A stretch of DNA of 11,039 nt from Octopus sinensis (Eukaryota), in contig NW_021827206.1 of the NCBI RefSeq assembly GCF_006345805.1, forward strand, positions 1 through 11,039, written 5' to 3'. Shown piece after piece: positions 8,471 through 11,039 of this stretch; position 1 is the first letter of the stretch, and the number at the start of each line of letters is the position of its first letter. Both the position numbers and the translations under genes were made by a program. Under the pieces are notes generated by a model. The model was given only the letters and a program-made list of their open reading frames with translations, did not search any database and was not told the DNA's origin.

Positions 8471-8618
8471 TACACCCTCGGAGTGGTTGGCGTTAGGAAG
8501 GGCATCCAGTTGTAGAAACTCTGCCAGATCAGATTGGAGTCTGGTTCGCCAGACCTCAGTCAAATCATCCAACCCATGCTAGCATGGAAAGCAGACGTTA
8601 AACGATGATGATGATGAT

Positions 8619-8621
8619 ATG

Positions 8622-8659
<38 letters not shown>

Positions 8660-8669
8660 TACATACATT
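8619..8669. repeat. (TA)n(CA)n microsatellite between two opposed LINE tails
   Basis: Direct reading. Confidence 0.95.
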
Positions 8670-8735
8670 ATCATCATCATCATTAAATGTCTGTTTTCCA
8701 TGCTGGCATGGGTTGGACTGTTTGACCGGAGCTGG
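8670..8735 (-). mobile_element. Minus-strand RTE-LINE 3' tail
   Basis: Reverse complement tccaacccatgccagcatggaaaacagacatttaatgatgatgatgat matches 8568-8615 with 5 mismatches in 48 nt. Confidence 0.85.
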
Positions 8736-8961
8736 TGAGGCCATTAGTCACAGCAAGCTTTATTGTTTATTTTGGCATCTTGATGTCTTTTCTATTATCA
8801 AGTACATTATAGAGCCTGCTTGACAAAAAATCCTCAACCGGAAGATGTGAGATACATTGAGTGGGTGTGGCTTTGTGCCATTTGAGAAATTTAAGTCTAT
8901 AGGTGTCTTGTTACAGGGATACCTCAGTTGAAAAAGCAAAGAGAATAGGAAAGTAAGATAA

Positions 8962-9378
8962 AGAGAGTGAGAGTGGTCAGAACATGCCCACCACACTGGT
9001 GAGACTATGTGAGATGAGAGAGAGGCTTGGGTTAGGGAAGTGAGCAGGAAGGAGTGACTATAGCAAATGATGGAAGGAAATATAGGAGAGGCTTGGGAGC
9101 AGGGGTTGCAGTAGATATGTGTGGGTATTGGGGGTGATTAGCAGGCACAGAAGTACCTTCTTTCCCTAACCATATCCTGCTCTACTTCATCAACTCTTCA
9201 CTTACCTGCTAATCACCCCCAATACCCACGCATATCTACTGCAACCCCTGCCCCCAAGCCTCTCCTATATTTCCTTCCATCATTTGCTATAGTCACTCCT
9301 TCCTGCTCACTTCCCTAACCCAGGCCTCTCTCTCATTTCACCAGCCTAGTGGCCATGTTCTGACCACTCTCACTCTCT
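8962..9378. repeat. Long inverted repeat (arms 8962-9145 and 9205-9378, 59-bp spacer)
   Basis: The inner 137 bp (9009-9145 vs 9205-9341) have only 4 mismatches. The outer part has a 10-bp indel and a few mismatches. Confidence 0.95.
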
Positions 9379-9894
9379 AACTTATTCTCCCCCCCCCCGC
9401 TTACAGTCTCCTGTAGGAGGGGGAAGAAAAGGTAGCTGAGAAAGCCATGAGATGTAGCATGTGTCTATTCTGCTCTCAGGTGAAAGAGGATGTGATGGGT
9501 GTTAGAGGATGAAATGTAGGGTGGAGGAAGAAGGTTGATGGGGAAAAAGAGGATGGAGATAAGCCTTCCCAAGGTAGTTTTAGGATATCAATTCTGTTAT
9601 GATGTCTCAAGAGTCGTTTATTTTAGTAGAACCAATCGTACCATTCTGACTAGTTATATTTCACAGCCAGTAACCTATTACTTGACAAAACAAGATGTGT
9701 GTGTATCTTCCTTTCTGTCTTTCTCTCAAAACTAATAACTGCAGCTGACATGCTTGACTTGTGGTGCTCCAGTATGGCCACAATCTAATAATTGCTAAAA
9801 GATTAAATATATAAGAACACAAGTACCATTCCTTATTTACGTTGTTATTACACATGCACTGATTCTGTTTTGATTATTCTTATCATCATTTAAC

Positions 9895-10162
9895 ACACCT
9901 TTTGTGTGTCCATAGCTTACACTGGCTACACCATATGAAGTTCTTGCCTTCACCTTGCTTACATATTGAGCAGGGCCATCTACCTGAAGGAGGTCAGGTT
10001 CTGTCTGATCTCTTGCTTACTAAGACCTTATTCTTTGCTAAGGCCCTTAGATTTTAGGTTTTGCTCCCACACCAGCTCTGATATGGAATCTTCTATGAGG
10101 GCAAGACCATCAGTATATTGTAGTTCCCAGGGGCTGCCATTATTTTAATTCTTCAGTGATAT
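9895..10162 (-). mobile_element. Older, diverged RTE-LINE fragment (RT catalytic region to PHD-like finger)
   Basis: With frameshifts, the minus strand gives ITEELK..GSPWELQYTDGLALIEDSISEL..VWEQNLKSKGL..KVLVSK..PSGRWPCSICKQGEGKNFIWCSQCKLWTHKRC, collinear with the LINE at about 7045-7336. Confidence 0.85.
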
Positions 10163-10571
10163 TTACAGATATGTTTGACATGACTATATCTTTAGGTACA
10201 GAAGCCTGACCCTGCTTAGACTTAATATTTGTATTTATATTCACAGAGAGAGAGAGAGGGGAGTAGTGAGAAATAGAGAAATAACTAAGACCCATTGATG
10301 ATACAGACTTTGCTACATTTTGGCATTCTTCCTTTTTCCTCCTCATTCTTCATGATTAAATTTCCTCATCACTTTCACCTTCTTTCCTTTGCCTGATTAT
10401 TTAACTTCCACTGCTATTCAGCCTTACATTTCTTAGAATTTGCTTTCTTACTTTCCATCTGCCTTTCTCTGTCTCTCTCTCTTCCTCTCATGCATGTAAC
10501 ACAAAAAAATAAGAACTTAATGTTTCAGTAATATGTAAACATCGTTATTACCTTTCTGTTTCTCTCTCTAG

Positions 10572-10778
10572 CATTATGCAAGTCGTAGTGGACACTTGGA
10601 GATCTGTAAGTTGCTTGTGGAGCATGGTGCCAATGTGAACTGCACAACAGCTAGTGGTCTGGCCACACCATTGCATCGAGCTGCTTACAGTGGGCACAGT
10701 TCTGTTGTCAAGTTTCTCCTTGACAAAGGTGCTGACCCTTTTAAATGTGATGCTGATGGAAGGACTGCTTTGCATAAG
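10572..10778 (+). CDS. ANKRD39: Internal coding exon (207 bp, 69 aa, phase 0/0) of an ankyrin-repeat protein, ANKRD39-like
   Basis: Polypyrimidine tract plus AG at 10570-10571 and AAG|GTAAAT donor at 10779. Translation HYASRSGHLEICKLLVEHGANVNCTTASGLATPLHRAAYSGHSSVVKFLLDKGADPFKCDADGRTALHK gives about two ankyrin repeats and parallels my recollection of vertebrate ANKRD39 (HYASRNGH...ATALHRASYCGH...DGMTSLHK). The exon call is strong; the orthology call is moderate. Confidence 0.85.
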
Positions 10779-10997
10779 GTAAATGAACAATGATTAATGG
10801 TTTCTTTTACTTTGCTCAATAATTACAATTCTCTGCTTATTAAATAGATTAACACCATCTTAGATGTTAGTTTTTCTTGCAGATGTCATCTCTGTGTAAT
10901 ATTTTCTCAAACATATACTGATATTCTGTGTCAACCAGTGTATAATATTGTACATTTTCTCAGTGACTGTCAGCAAGACTTGGCTAATATTGAGTTA

Positions 10998-11039
10998 ATT
11001 CTTTTCTACTCTAGGCACAAGGCCTGAAATTTTGAGGGA
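10998..11039 (-). mobile_element. Probable 3' end of a minus-strand SINE, running off the window
   Basis: attcttttctactctaggcacaaggcctgaaattttgagg matches my recollection of the terminus of a common Octopus SINE, probably the family at 6529. It cannot be verified within the window. Confidence 0.4.

Larger units (their letters stand above)
6204..8618 (+). mobile_element. 5'-truncated, inactivated RTE-clade non-LTR retrotransposon (no endonuclease domain in this copy)
   Basis: RT motifs QFGF, AFVDMEKAFDRVP, GVHQGSVLS and FRYLG; RTE-type C-terminus MLHGSETW...LRWYGHVARM...GRPRKTW; a ~570-bp 3' UTR; a (GAT)5 tail at 8604-8618. Confidence 0.95.

Noticed and set aside
10596-10793. ORF-track protein starting MEICK as a standalone gene
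   Set aside because: The start is a TTG (Leu) inside a spliced exon; the real boundaries are the AG at 10570-10571 and the GT at 10779-10780.
11015-11039. Next constitutive ANKRD39 exon
   Set aside because: In-frame stop after six codons, no ankyrin continuation beyond the first Ala, and the sequence looks like a SINE end.

Overview
AT-rich animal genomic DNA. The repeat content (RTE-clade LINE with a (GAT)n tail, tRNA-derived SINEs, long TA/TG microsatellites) looks like coleoid cephalopod, probably Octopus; this is inferred from remembered repeat families, not from a search. The only supported host coding sequence is one phase-0/phase-0 ankyrin-repeat exon (10572-10778, +, ANKRD39-like). 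No upstream exon was found, so the preceding ~10.5 kb is probably intron. That stretch holds a decayed, 5'-truncated RTE LINE (6204-8618) with a PHD-finger-like C4HC3 module after its RT and a SINE nested in it, a second older RTE fragment on the minus strand, several SINE and LINE-tail relics, and three inverted-repeat pairs. The most unusual element is at 182-951: a 362-bp tandem unit in which each copy carries a minus-strand type I hammerhead ribozyme fold with a compensatory U3-A8 core and a minimal stem III, at the tip of a long rod-like hairpin, with a 76-bp inverted segment at the element's 5' end. This resembles a Penelope pLTR or retrozyme. Most short ORFs in the supplied track are microsatellite or antisense artefacts.
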